From the NCBI GenBank assembly GCA_963743305.1, contig CAVUPH010000007.1, positions 32,001 to 96,000 on the forward strand: a DNA stretch of 64,000 nt, given 5' to 3'. The notes under the pieces were generated by a model that ran no database searches, was not told the origin of the DNA, and worked only from the letters and a program-made list of their open reading frames with translations. The stretch comes from an uncultured delta proteobacterium. GTDB lineage: Bacteria; Desulfobacterota; RBG-13-43-22. Positions 10,733-19,710 of this stretch are shown piece by piece. The translations under genes were made by a program, and so were the position numbers. Each line of letters starts with the position of its first letter. Positions within the stretch are counted from its first letter, which is position 1.

Positions 10733-11389
10733 TTAAGCAGACGGCGGGCGGGCGGCGGAGCCGGAAGAAGGGTGGCTGTTGGCCCCCGGGGCGATCAAGC
10801 CTCCGGAAACAATCAGCTTGAAGGCCTCTTCAACGGTCATTTGAAGAAAATGCAGCTCTTTTTTCGGGGCCAGCACGTAATAACCGGTGGTGGGATTGGG
10901 GGTACAGGGGATAAAAATATGCCAGATCGGTTCGCCGGCCTGACGTTCCAGTTCACCCCGGGCCGGGCCCGCGGAGAATCCTATGGAAAATACCCCCTGA
11001 CGAGGGAATTCCAACATCACCACCTGTTTAAAATGGCCGCCCGAATTCAGGAAGATGGCCTCAGTGAATTGTTTTAAGGCCTGGTAAATATTCCGGACTA
11101 TGGGAATTCGGCGTACTAAGGCCTCCCATAAGCCCACCATCTTTTTCCCGGCATAATTGTGGGTCGCTATACCGACCACCAAGAGGAGCAGGGTCAAAAG
11201 GACCAGCCCCAACCCGGGGAGGTGAAACCCCAGCAGGGTGTCAGGGTGGTAGGTCTTGGGGATAACGGAGAGGAATTCATCCATGACCCCGATCAGGGCC
11301 TGGATGATATAGAGGGTGATGGCCACCGGAACGACGACGATCAGCCCGGTGAGGAGGTAACTTTTTATCCAGTTTTTTAGGCGGGACAC
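10733..11389 (-). CDS. DUF502 (COV1-like) membrane protein
   Basis: TGLIVVVPVAIT, RIPIVRNIY, FIPCTPNPTTGY, MTVEEAFKLIVSGG. Confidence 0.85.
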   Translation of the reverse strand: MSRLKNWIKSYLLTGLIVVVPVAITLYIIQALIGVMDEFLSVIPKTYHPDTLLGFHLPGLGLVLLTLLLLVVGIATHNYAGKKMVGLWEALVRRIPIVRNIYQALKQFTEAIFLNSGGHFKQVVMLEFPRQGVFSIGFSAGPARGELERQAGEPIWHIFIPCTPNPTTGYYVLAPKKELHFLQMTVEEAFKLIVSGGLIAPGANSHPSSGSAARPPSA

Positions 11390-11401
11390 CCCGGGCCTCT
11401 A

Positions 11402-11761
11402 CTAGGCGGCTCTGAGCAAACGGCGATTCCCGGCGTCCACCTGGACGATCTTCGGTTGAAAATTTTTTAGCTCTTGTTCGTTCAGCGCAGCGTAGGTGGC
11501 AATGATGATCAGGTCCCCCACCACTCCTCTGCGGGCGGCCGCTCCGTTCAGGCAGATCTCCCCGCTTCCGCGGGCCCCTTCCACGGCATAGGTTTCAAAT
11601 CGCTCCCCATTGGAAATGTTATAGACGTTGATTTGCTCAAAGGGAAGGATATCGGCGGCTTCCATCAGGTCCAAGTCTATGGTCATACTGCCCTGGTAAT
11701 GGATATTGCTATCCGTGATCGTGGCCCGATGAATTTTGGATTTCAAAAGGTGACGCAGCAT
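11402..11761 (-). CDS. panD: Aspartate 1-decarboxylase
   Basis: [16 protein letters not shown] self-cleavage site, [14 protein letters not shown]. Confidence 0.97.
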   Translation of the reverse strand: MLRHLLKSKIHRATITDSNIHYQGSMTIDLDLMEAADILPFEQINVYNISNGERFETYAVEGARGSGEICLNGAAARRGVVGDLIIIATYAALNEQELKNFQPKIVQVDAGNRRLLRAA

Positions 11762-11763
11762 GG

Positions 11764-12612
11764 TTACTCTACCTCCAAGAGACAGTTATCGATCAGTCGG
11801 GTCTTGCCGACCCGGACCGCCAGGGCTAGAATGCCCTGAGGATTGATTGTTTCCAATTCTTTCAGGGTTTGGGGGTGAACGATTTTGGCATAGTCGATCC
11901 GATTTTCCGGGTGGCCGGTCAGAACCCGGGTTACTTCGGCCAGGATTAATCCGGTCTCCCGTTCTCCCTCTCGGCACCTTTTTTGGGCGGCTGAAAGGGA
12001 TTGAGAGAGGGACAGGGCGGCCATTCGGTCCTCCGCGGAAAGATACACATTTCTGGAGCTCATGGCCAACCCGTCGGCTTCCCGAACAGTCGGTCGACCG
12101 ATGACCTCGATGTCCATATTCAGGTCCCGGGTCATTTGCTTAATGGTGACCACCTGTTGGTAGTCCTTCAGCCCGAAAATCGCCATGTGTGGTTTAACTA
12201 ATTGAAACAACTTGCAAACAATGGTGGCTACCCCCCGGAAATGCCCCGCCCGGCTGGCCCCGCATAAGCCCTTAGTGACCTCCTCCACGGAAACGTACGT
12301 CTGATAGTCCTCCGGGTAAAGGTCTTCATGGCGGGGGGTAAAGAGGATATCCATCCCCGCCTCTTCGGCTAGTTGACGGTCCCGCTCGAAGTCGCGGGGG
12401 TATTTTTCGAAATCCTCCCCGACCCCGAACTGCAGGGGGTTGACGAACAGACTGACCACTACCTTATCGGCCACATCCCGGCCGTGGTTCATTAAATTCA
12501 GGTGGCCGGAGTGGAAAAAACCCATGGTCGGCACCAGGGCAATCGTCCGGCCGGTCCGACGTTGATTATCCGCCCAAGATTGCATGACTTTAAGTTCTTG
12601 AATGATCTCCAT
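11764..12612 (-). CDS. panC: Pantoate--beta-alanine ligase
   Basis: [45 protein letters not shown]. Confidence 0.97.
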   Translation of the reverse strand: MEIIQELKVMQSWADNQRRTGRTIALVPTMGFFHSGHLNLMNHGRDVADKVVVSLFVNPLQFGVGEDFEKYPRDFERDRQLAEEAGMDILFTPRHEDLYPEDYQTYVSVEEVTKGLCGASRAGHFRGVATIVCKLFQLVKPHMAIFGLKDYQQVVTIKQMTRDLNMDIEVIGRPTVREADGLAMSSRNVYLSAEDRMAALSLSQSLSAAQKRCREGERETGLILAEVTRVLTGHPENRIDYAKIVHPQTLKELETINPQGILALAVRVGKTRLIDNCLLEVE

Positions 12613-12629
12613 TTGCGAGCCCGTCAAAC

Positions 12630-12718
12630 AAAAAAAAACCCCCGGACTTCTCCCAGAGGCTGTTCAGCGCTTTTTCAGGAAGTCTCAGTCCAATCCGCTT
12701 GGATCCAAGCCGCCAAGT
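12630..12718 (-). ncRNA. Probable pan RNA motif / attenuator leader of panC-panD
   Basis: GGCGGCUUGGAUCC..GGACUGAGAC stem, second stem GACUUC..GAAGUC, then a U9 tract, between the promoter and panC; fits my recollection of the pan motif, not searched. Confidence 0.6.
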
Positions 12719-12733
12719 TAAATTAACTTAAAC

Positions 12734-12762
12734 AGTATAATTTTTTTAATTCAGAATGTCAA
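12734..12762 (-). promoter_or_regulatory. sigma70 promoter of panC leader
   Basis: TTGACA-17nt-TATACT on the minus strand. Confidence 0.7.
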
Positions 12763-12819
12763 CTATCATGTGATGGTCTTTTATAATCATGGAGAAGGAC
12801 TTCTCCGAAGAGAGTTTTC

Positions 12820-12848
12820 TTGACGGCTGGAACCCTTCGGGTTATACT
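12820..12848 (+). promoter_or_regulatory. sigma70 promoter with no adjacent annotated gene
   Basis: TTGACG-17nt-TATACT. Confidence 0.6.
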
Positions 12849-13043
12849 CTTTATTATGTTGATGTTATTAGTATTATGGCGACCTTGCAGACCACCGATT
12901 CCATCTACCCGTACCAGTAGACAACTTTAACCACCAACCCCTGGTGATTTGTTCCCTGAGAAGAATCAGGTCTTCAAAGGGATTTCACCATTTTTTGCGA
13001 GAGCTTAGGAAACTCGGAGGGTATTTCAGAGGGTTGAATTCCC

Positions 13044-13071
13044 TTGACATATAACGACTTTTGATTATAGT
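13044..13071 (+). promoter_or_regulatory. sigma70 promoter of yceD-rpmF-plsX
   Basis: TTGACA-16nt-TATAGT. Confidence 0.6.
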
Positions 13072-13100
13072 AAACAGTTTATTTTAATTGCGGATAGACT

Positions 13101-13640
13101 TTGATGGCTGATTTAGCCCCGAAGACGAAAATTATCCCGGTAGAAGCCATCCTCCGGGAGCGCTTGACCATAAACCAGGTCCTTGACCGGGACTGGTTAA
13201 AAGAGCAGATCCGGGAAAGAAATCTGGACTTTTCCACCGTTGGAGACTTCTCTTTGGCCGGAGATCTTTTCGCTGCCGGATCGGAGATTTTTTTTCGAGG
13301 ACGCCTGAAAGCGGAGTTTCGTCTTTCCTGCGGTCGGTGTCTGGAAGAATTCAGCATCAAAATGGACGATCCGCTGGAAGCGCAATGGCGGGTGTTCAGT
13401 CCCCCGGGGTTGAAAGGCGGCGGGAACCTGGATCAAAGGATTCAGTTGGAGGACCTGGAAACCGGGGTCAGGCAGGAAGGTGGGATTGATCTTTGGGAGA
13501 CGATGCTGGAACAGGTTATTCTGCATCTTCCCATGCGGCCTTTGTGCCGTGATTCCTGTCAAGGTTTGTGTCCGGTCTGCGGCGAAAATAGAAATATCCA
13601 CCCCTGCCGGTGCGGAGAAAAGGGGAAAAACGACAATTGA
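13101..13640 (+). CDS. yceD: DUF177/YceD protein
   Basis: CGRCLEEF and LPMRPLCRDSCQGLCPVCG motifs; position before rpmF. Confidence 0.88.
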   Translation: MMADLAPKTKIIPVEAILRERLTINQVLDRDWLKEQIRERNLDFSTVGDFSLAGDLFAAGSEIFFRGRLKAEFRLSCGRCLEEFSIKMDDPLEAQWRVFSPPGLKGGGNLDQRIQLEDLETGVRQEGGIDLWETMLEQVILHLPMRPLCRDSCQGLCPVCGENRNIHPCRCGEKGKNDN

Positions 13641-13664
13641 TGACCTCGCAAAAAGTCAAAATAC
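13637..13664 (+). repeat. Solo end of TTGATGACCTCGCAAAAAGTC family overlapping the yceD stop
   Basis: 13640-13664 is the exact 25-nt reverse complement of 63826-63850. Confidence 0.8.
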
Positions 13665-13691
13665 AGCTTAGCTGATTCTGGAGGAAACGCA

Positions 13692-13874
13692 ATGGCTTTA
13701 CCTAAAAGAAGACATTCCCGGTCGCGGCAGGGAAAAAGGCGGGCCCATGATGCCTTGACGGCTCCGTCTCTGTCCGTCTGCCCGCAGTGCCACGAACCCA
13801 AACTTCCCCATTTTGTCTGTCCCTCCTGCGGGACCTATCGTGGGCGGAAAGTGGTTGTTCAGGAAGAGGAATAG
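13692..13874 (+). CDS. rpmF: 50S ribosomal protein L32 (Zn-binding type)
   Basis: [27 protein letters not shown]. Confidence 0.97.
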   Translation: MALPKRRHSRSRQGKRRAHDALTAPSLSVCPQCHEPKLPHFVCPSCGTYRGRKVVVQEEE

Positions 13875-13907
13875 GGATCAGCGCGGGACCATCCAACTTG
13901 GGCCGGC

Positions 13908-14987
13908 TTGGGGAATCAATTTTTGAATCCGATTAGAATTGCCGTCGATGCCATGGGCGGGGATCAGGCGCCGAGCGCCGCGGTACTGGGGGCTGTTCTG
14001 GCCACCAGGGAACTGGGCATCCCTATTGTCCTGGTGGGGAACCCCGAGGCCATTAAGCAGGGATTGGCCGGACAAACATTTAACCGGGAGCTGATAACCA
14101 TCCACCCGGCTGCGCAAGTGGCCGAGATGAGCGATGCCCCCATCGAGGTCATTCGAAAAAAGAAGGATGCCTCCATTCGGGTAGCCTTGGAGCTGGTCAA
14201 AAGGGGGGAAGTCCAGGGGGTAGTCAGCGCCGGGAACTCCGGCGCCACCATGGCCTTAGGGGTAGTGGTCCTGGGCAAGCTGCCCGGGGTGGACCGTCCG
14301 GCCTTAGGGGCTATTTTACCTTCCCCCCATACCCCGACGCTGGTCATCGACGTAGGGGCCAATGTGGATTGTTCGGCATCCCAGTTGATCCAGTTCGCCA
14401 TCATGGCCGAACCCCTGGCTCGGTATATCATGAAACGGCCGAATCCCCGGATCGGCCTGTTGAGCATCGGGGAGGAAGAGTCCAAAGGAAATGAACTGGT
14501 TCACCAGACCTTCGAGGGGTTGAAGAAGACCCCCTTGAATTTCATCGGCAATGTGGAAGGACGAGACCTATTCAGCGGGAAGGTCGACGTGATCGTTTGC
14601 GACGGATTCGTGGGGAATGTCTGCCTTAAATTGAGTGAGGGACTGGCCGAAGCCCTTGGCCAGATGCTGAAGCAAGAAGTCCTCAAGGCGGGCCTGGTTT
14701 CCAAGCTGGGGTCTCAATTGATGAAGCCGGCTTTTAATCGTTTTTTTAAAAGGGTGGATTACGCCGAAGAGGGAGGGGTTCCTCTTCTGGGGGTCAACGG
14801 GGTAGTGGTCATCAGCCACGGGGCTTCCGGACCCAAGGCCATCATGAATGCCGTTCGGGTGGCCCGGCGGGCGGTTGAGAACCGGATCATCGACCAGGTT
14901 CTCGATTCTTTGAACCGGCACGAGCCTTTCTATCGAAAAAATAAACCCCAACGCTTTTGGGAGAGCTTCCGGAAGAAAACCGGGTAA
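13908..14987 (+). CDS. plsX: Phosphate acyltransferase PlsX
   Basis: IAVDAMGGD, SAGNSGA, DVGANVD, GNVEG, CDGFVGN, SHG. Confidence 0.96.
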   Translation: MGNQFLNPIRIAVDAMGGDQAPSAAVLGAVLATRELGIPIVLVGNPEAIKQGLAGQTFNRELITIHPAAQVAEMSDAPIEVIRKKKDASIRVALELVKRGEVQGVVSAGNSGATMALGVVVLGKLPGVDRPALGAILPSPHTPTLVIDVGANVDCSASQLIQFAIMAEPLARYIMKRPNPRIGLLSIGEEESKGNELVHQTFEGLKKTPLNFIGNVEGRDLFSGKVDVIVCDGFVGNVCLKLSEGLAEALGQMLKQEVLKAGLVSKLGSQLMKPAFNRFFKRVDYAEEGGVPLLGVNGVVVISHGASGPKAIMNAVRVARRAVENRIIDQVLDSLNRHEPFYRKNKPQRFWESFRKKTG

Positions 14988-14993
14988 CGGCCT

Positions 14994-15080
14994 AAATCCC
15001 CCCTGGCCCCTCCTTTGCTAAGGAGGGGAATAAATTCCACTGGACTCCTCCCTTTTTTAAAGGGAGGTTGGGAGGGATTT
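14994..15080. repeat. REP-like palindromic element
   Basis: AAATCCC...GGGATTT ends enclosing hairpins CCCCTCCTT/AAGGAGGGG and CCTCCCTTT/AAAGGGAGG. Confidence 0.6.
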
Positions 15081-15153
15081 TTCAGAGGATTTTGAATAAA
15101 GCAATAATCGGTTCGAGATACCGAACCAGGAAATATAGAATGAGGGGTTCAAC

Positions 15154-16314
15154 ATGGATTACTTCCTGACCGAAGAGCAGCAGATGATTAAAGAGATTGC
15201 CCGAAAAATCGCCGATGAGCGCATCAAACCGGTTCGGGCTGAATTGGATGAAAAGGAGGAATTCCCCTGGGATATTCTTAAGCTGATCGGCCAGTCGGAC
15301 CTCTTTGGCGTCTATATACCCCAGGAATACGGCGGTTTCGGGGGAGGGAGCTTCGAAAATTGTCTGGCTGTGGAGGAATTGTCCCGGGCCTGTCTGGGCG
15401 TTTCCACCAGTTACGCGGCCAGCGCCCTGGGGGCGTACCCGCTCCTTTTATACGGCAACGAAGAGCAGAAGAAAAGATATTTGCCCGAAATCGCCAGCGG
15501 CCGGAAGCTGGCCGCTTTCGCGCTGACCGAATCCACGGCCGGCAGTGATGCCAGCGGCATCATGACTACGGCGGAATTAAAGGGGAATGACTATATCCTC
15601 AACGGCACGAAACAATGGATTACCAATGGGGGCGAGGCGGAGATCTATACCGTGATCGCCATCACCGACCGCAGCAAGGGCCCTCGCGGGGCCAGCGCCT
15701 TTATCCTGGAAAAGGGCGATCCCGGTTTTGATTTCGGTAAGAAAGAAAGTAAAATGGGTATACGGGCCTCGGCCACCCGGGAACTGATTTTCAACCAATG
15801 CCGGATCCCCAAAGACCGGTTGATCGCCCGGGAGGGGATGGGTTTTATCGTGGCCATGAAAACCTTCGACCAGTCCCGTCCCGGGGTGGGGGCTCAAGGG
15901 GTCGGCTTGGCCCAGGGGGCGCTGGAGGAGGCCGTCCAATACGCCCGTACCCGCGTCCAATTCGGCAAACCCATTATAGCCTTTCAAGCCATCCAGCACC
16001 TGCTGGCTGACATGGCTACGCTGACCGAGGCGGCCCGAGCCCTGGTGTACTCGGTGGCCCGGTATGTCGACAGCGGGGCCAAGGAGGTATCCAAGGTGTC
16101 CGCCATGGCCAAAGTCTTCGCCAGCGACGCGGCCATGAAAGTGACTACCGACGCCGTTCAAGTTTTTGGAGGGACCGGATACATGCGGGATTACCCGGTT
16201 GAAAAGATGATGCGTGATGCCAAGATCCTGCAAATCTACGAGGGAACCAACCAGGTTCAGCGCAACATCATCGGCCAGGAGCTGAATAAGGAAGGCGGAA
16301 GGAAGAAAAGCTGA
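15154..16314 (+). CDS. Acyl-CoA dehydrogenase (Bcd-like)
   Basis: FALTESTAGSDA, NGTKQWITNG, KMGIRAS, RVQFGKPI, QVFGGTGY, IYEGTNQ. Confidence 0.95.
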   Translation: MDYFLTEEQQMIKEIARKIADERIKPVRAELDEKEEFPWDILKLIGQSDLFGVYIPQEYGGFGGGSFENCLAVEELSRACLGVSTSYAASALGAYPLLLYGNEEQKKRYLPEIASGRKLAAFALTESTAGSDASGIMTTAELKGNDYILNGTKQWITNGGEAEIYTVIAITDRSKGPRGASAFILEKGDPGFDFGKKESKMGIRASATRELIFNQCRIPKDRLIAREGMGFIVAMKTFDQSRPGVGAQGVGLAQGALEEAVQYARTRVQFGKPIIAFQAIQHLLADMATLTEAARALVYSVARYVDSGAKEVSKVSAMAKVFASDAAMKVTTDAVQVFGGTGYMRDYPVEKMMRDAKILQIYEGTNQVQRNIIGQELNKEGGRKKS

Positions 16315-16316
16315 AG

Positions 16317-16462
16317 ACGCGAAGCGCGGAGCGCAGAGCGCTGAGCGCCAAAAAAGAAGCTTCTGGCCAGATTCCTTGTCGGAACAGGTAAAAGAGCATC
16401 AGCAAAATAATTTTCGAAAGATTTTGGTCTTAACGCTCCGCGCTCCGCGCCTTGCGCTTCGC
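16317..16462. repeat. Inverted pair of short heptamer tandem arrays
   Basis: GCGAAGCGCGGAGCGCAGAGCGCTGAGCG ... CGCTCCGCGCTCCGCGCCTTGCGCTTCGC. Confidence 0.6.
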
Positions 16463-16483
16463 CAATAATATCGATTCCATAGC

Positions 16484-17311
16484 ATGCATATCATCGTTTG
16501 TATCAAACAGGTCCCCGATGCCCGGCAGGTCAGGCTGGATCCGGAGACCCATACCCTGATTCGTACCGGGGTGGAAAGCATCATCAATCCGTACGACATG
16601 TATGCCCTGGAAGAAGGGTTGCGGCTCAAAGAGCGGTTGGGAGGCACCGTGACGGTGCTGACCATGGGCCCGCCACAGGCCGAGGCCGCGTTACGGGAGG
16701 CCATTTCCTACGGGGCGGATGAGGCGGTATTGCTTTCGGACCGGGCCTTTGCCGGGGCCGATACCTGGGCGACTACCTATACCCTGGCCCGGGGCGTTGA
16801 AAAAATCGGTCCCTTTGATTTGATCCTTTGCGGCAAGCAAGCCGTAGACGGGGACACCGCCCAGGTAGGACCCGGGCTGGCCGAACGGCTTTCTCTGCCC
16901 TATGCCGCCTGGGTGCGAAAGATCGAAACCCTGGAGCAGGGGTTGATCCGGGTCCAACGCCTGATGGATGACGGCTACGATCGTCTGGAACTTGCCCTTC
17001 CGGCCCTGCTGACCGTGGTTAAGGAGATCAATGAACCGCGGGTTCCTTCATTGAAAGGGAAGATGCGGGCCAAGAGTCAGAAGATCCCCCTTTACGGCGC
17101 AGCCGCTATCGGGGCCGATCCCCAGCAGACCGGTCTGGCCGGTTCCTATACCCAGGTCATTCGGATTTTCGCCCCGGTGCGCGCCCGGGAAAAGGAGTGG
17201 TTGACGGGTTCGGTGGAGAACCAGGTGGGGCAGCTCCTTCAAAAATTATCCGCCCGGCAATTAATACCTGCTGCTATTTCCTGTTCGAGGTCAGCGCACG
17301 ATGGGTTCTGA
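16484..17311 (+). CDS. etfB: Electron transfer flavoprotein beta subunit
   Basis: CIKQVPD, NPYDMYALE, DRAFAGADT, GKQAVDGDTAQVG. Confidence 0.95.
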   Translation: MHIIVCIKQVPDARQVRLDPETHTLIRTGVESIINPYDMYALEEGLRLKERLGGTVTVLTMGPPQAEAALREAISYGADEAVLLSDRAFAGADTWATTYTLARGVEKIGPFDLILCGKQAVDGDTAQVGPGLAERLSLPYAAWVRKIETLEQGLIRVQRLMDDGYDRLELALPALLTVVKEINEPRVPSLKGKMRAKSQKIPLYGAAAIGADPQQTGLAGSYTQVIRIFAPVRAREKEWLTGSVENQVGQLLQKLSARQLIPAAISCSRSAHDGF

Positions 17312-18500
17312 AATTTTGATCGACTTAGAGCGGTGTTCCGGTTGCGAAAGCTGTCTGGAAGTCTGCCCCTTCAGTGCGCTGGAATGGCGCGACGGAAAAC
17401 CAGTGGTCAACGACCAATGCACTCTCTGCGGGGCCTGCGCCGAGGTTTGCCCGGAAGAAGCGATTACCCTTCCGGAAAGGGCTTCGGCGAGCGGTCCGGA
17501 AGCAGGCTATCAGGGCGTGATGGTTTTTGCTGAACAGCGTCTGGGGCGATTGGCGGATGTGGCCTTTGAACTGCTGGCCAAGGGCCGCGAATTGGCCGGT
17601 ACCCTGGGCGTGAGCCTGACGGCGGCCTTATTCGGGCGGAATCTGGCCCCCTTGGCGGCGGAGCTGGTGGCGCAGGGGGCCGATCGGGTCTATACGGTGG
17701 ATCATCCCCGGGTGGAGGGATTTACCGACGAAGCTTACGGGGAGGCCCTGACCCAGATTATCCGGGCGGTACGGCCGGAAATCCTGCTGGCCGGCGCCAC
17801 CTCCGTCGGCCGTTCCTTTATCCCCAAAGTGGCCACCCAGGTGGGCACGGGGTTGACGGCTGACTGCACCGATTTAACTATCGATCCGGAAAAAAAACAT
17901 CTGCTGCAGACCCGTCCGGCCTTTGGGGGCAATATTATGGCCACCATTATCTGTCCGCGGAGGCGTCCGCAAATGGCCACGGTCAGAGCCCGGGTGATGA
18001 AACGAGGGTCGGTACAGCCCGGACGACCCGGGGAAGTGATTCCCTTTGAGGTGGATTGGAAACGGGCGCCCGGTAAGACCAGGCTGCTGGAAATTGTCGA
18101 AGAACTTACGGAGAAAGTGCGGCTGGCCGAAGCCGATATTATCGTGACGGGAGGCCGGGGTTTGCAGGAGGGAAAAAATTTTTCTCTGATCCGGGAATTG
18201 GCCGATTGTCTGGGCGGGGCCGTGGGGGCCTCCCGGGGGGCGGTGGATTCGGACTGGATTCCCTACGCCCATCAAGTGGGGCAAACCGGGAAGACCGTGG
18301 CCCCTAAATTGTATCTGGCCGTCGGCGTTTCCGGGGCGGTCCAGCATTTGGTGGGGATGCAGTCCTCCGAAACCATTGTGGCCGTGAACATTGATCCCCA
18401 GGCCCCTATCTTTGAGGTGGCCACCTATGGTATAGTGGGCGACCTTTTTGAGGTGGTCCCGGAGATGATCCGGCAATTAAAAGCGGCTGGGGGGCGGTAA
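17301..18500 (+). CDS. etfA: Electron transfer flavoprotein alpha subunit with N-terminal 2x[4Fe-4S] ferredoxin
   Basis: [12 protein letters not shown] / [12 protein letters not shown] then [29 protein letters not shown]. Confidence 0.95.
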   Translation: MGSEILIDLERCSGCESCLEVCPFSALEWRDGKPVVNDQCTLCGACAEVCPEEAITLPERASASGPEAGYQGVMVFAEQRLGRLADVAFELLAKGRELAGTLGVSLTAALFGRNLAPLAAELVAQGADRVYTVDHPRVEGFTDEAYGEALTQIIRAVRPEILLAGATSVGRSFIPKVATQVGTGLTADCTDLTIDPEKKHLLQTRPAFGGNIMATIICPRRRPQMATVRARVMKRGSVQPGRPGEVIPFEVDWKRAPGKTRLLEIVEELTEKVRLAEADIIVTGGRGLQEGKNFSLIRELADCLGGAVGASRGAVDSDWIPYAHQVGQTGKTVAPKLYLAVGVSGAVQHLVGMQSSETIVAVNIDPQAPIFEVATYGIVGDLFEVVPEMIRQLKAAGGR

Positions 18501-18517
18501 AGCCTAAGGGAGGACGT

Positions 18518-19261
18518 ATGTCGGAACAGAAGATGATATTAATTACCGGAGCTTCCCGAGGGATCGGCCGGGCCATCGCCCTGCGGCTGGCCCAGCCGGG
18601 GGTTGTCCTCCTGTTGAACCATTACGACCGGGAACCGGACGCGGCCGAACAAACACTGCAGGACATTGTGGAGCGGGGCGCTCAAGGAAAGATTTACTAT
18701 TACAATGTGGCCGACTTCCAGGAAACCCAAGCTCAGGTGGAAGGGATGCTGACGGAATGGGGTCGGATCGAGGTGCTGGTCAATAATGCCGGCATCACCC
18801 GAGACACCCTGTTGATGCGCATGAAAGAAGAAGATTGGGACCTGGTGCTGAACATCAATCTCAAGGGCGTTTATAACTCCACTCAGGCGGTCATTCGCTC
18901 CATGATTAAAAATAAGTCCGGTAAGATCGTCAACATCGCCTCGGTGGTCGGAGCTATAGGAAATGCCGGGCAATCCAATTACGCCGCTTCCAAGGCGGGG
19001 ATCATCGGGTTCAGTAAATCGGTGGCTAAGGAAGTAGCCGGTCGGGGCATTACAGTCAACGCCGTGGCCCCCGGTTTTATCGACACGGAAATGACCGCCG
19101 TTCTACCTGCACCGGTACGCCAGGAATTTTTGAAATCCATCCCCATGGGCCGCAGCGGGCAACCCGAGGAGGTGGCCGAACTGGTGGCCTTCCTGATCTC
19201 GGGAGCGGCCGCCTATATTACCGGCCAGGTGATTCATATCAACGGGGGGATGTATATGTAA
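18518..19261 (+). CDS. fabG: 3-oxoacyl-ACP reductase
   Basis: TGASRGIG, NNAGITRD, YAASK, PGFIDTEMT; before acpP. Confidence 0.95.
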   Translation: MSEQKMILITGASRGIGRAIALRLAQPGVVLLLNHYDREPDAAEQTLQDIVERGAQGKIYYYNVADFQETQAQVEGMLTEWGRIEVLVNNAGITRDTLLMRMKEEDWDLVLNINLKGVYNSTQAVIRSMIKNKSGKIVNIASVVGAIGNAGQSNYAASKAGIIGFSKSVAKEVAGRGITVNAVAPGFIDTEMTAVLPAPVRQEFLKSIPMGRSGQPEEVAELVAFLISGAAAYITGQVIHINGGMYM

Positions 19262-19434
19262 GGGGCTCGGATGAGTCCCCCCCTTCGAAATATGAAAATA
19301 AGGGGCGACAGAATACACCGGACATTAATAGTTAATAATCAATTGTTAATTATTAATTATTATTCCATGCCTTGTGATGCCGAATTATACAATCATAATA
19401 AAGTAAGTAAGCAAGTAAAGGAGGGTAATCACCC

Positions 19435-19668
19435 ATGACTGTCGAAGAAAAAGTTAAAGCTATTATTCGTGAACAGTTGAGTGTTTCCGAGGAGGACGTG
19501 GTTTCCCAGGCCTCCTTTGTGGATGACTTGGGAGCGGATTCTTTGGACCTGGTGGAAATGATCATGGCCATGGAGGAAGCCTTTAATATTTCGATTGCTG
19601 ATGAAGATGCCGAGAAAATAAAAACCGTTCAAGACGCCATAAATTATGTGCAGGAACATTCCAAGTAA
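19435..19668 (+). CDS. acpP: Acyl carrier protein
   Basis: [11 protein letters not shown] phosphopantetheine site. Confidence 0.97.
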   Translation: MTVEEKVKAIIREQLSVSEEDVVSQASFVDDLGADSLDLVEMIMAMEEAFNISIADEDAEKIKTVQDAINYVQEHSK

Positions 19669-19710
19669 CGGGAAGCCAAACCCCTGCTCCCCGGTGTGAG
19701 GAGGTAGGTC

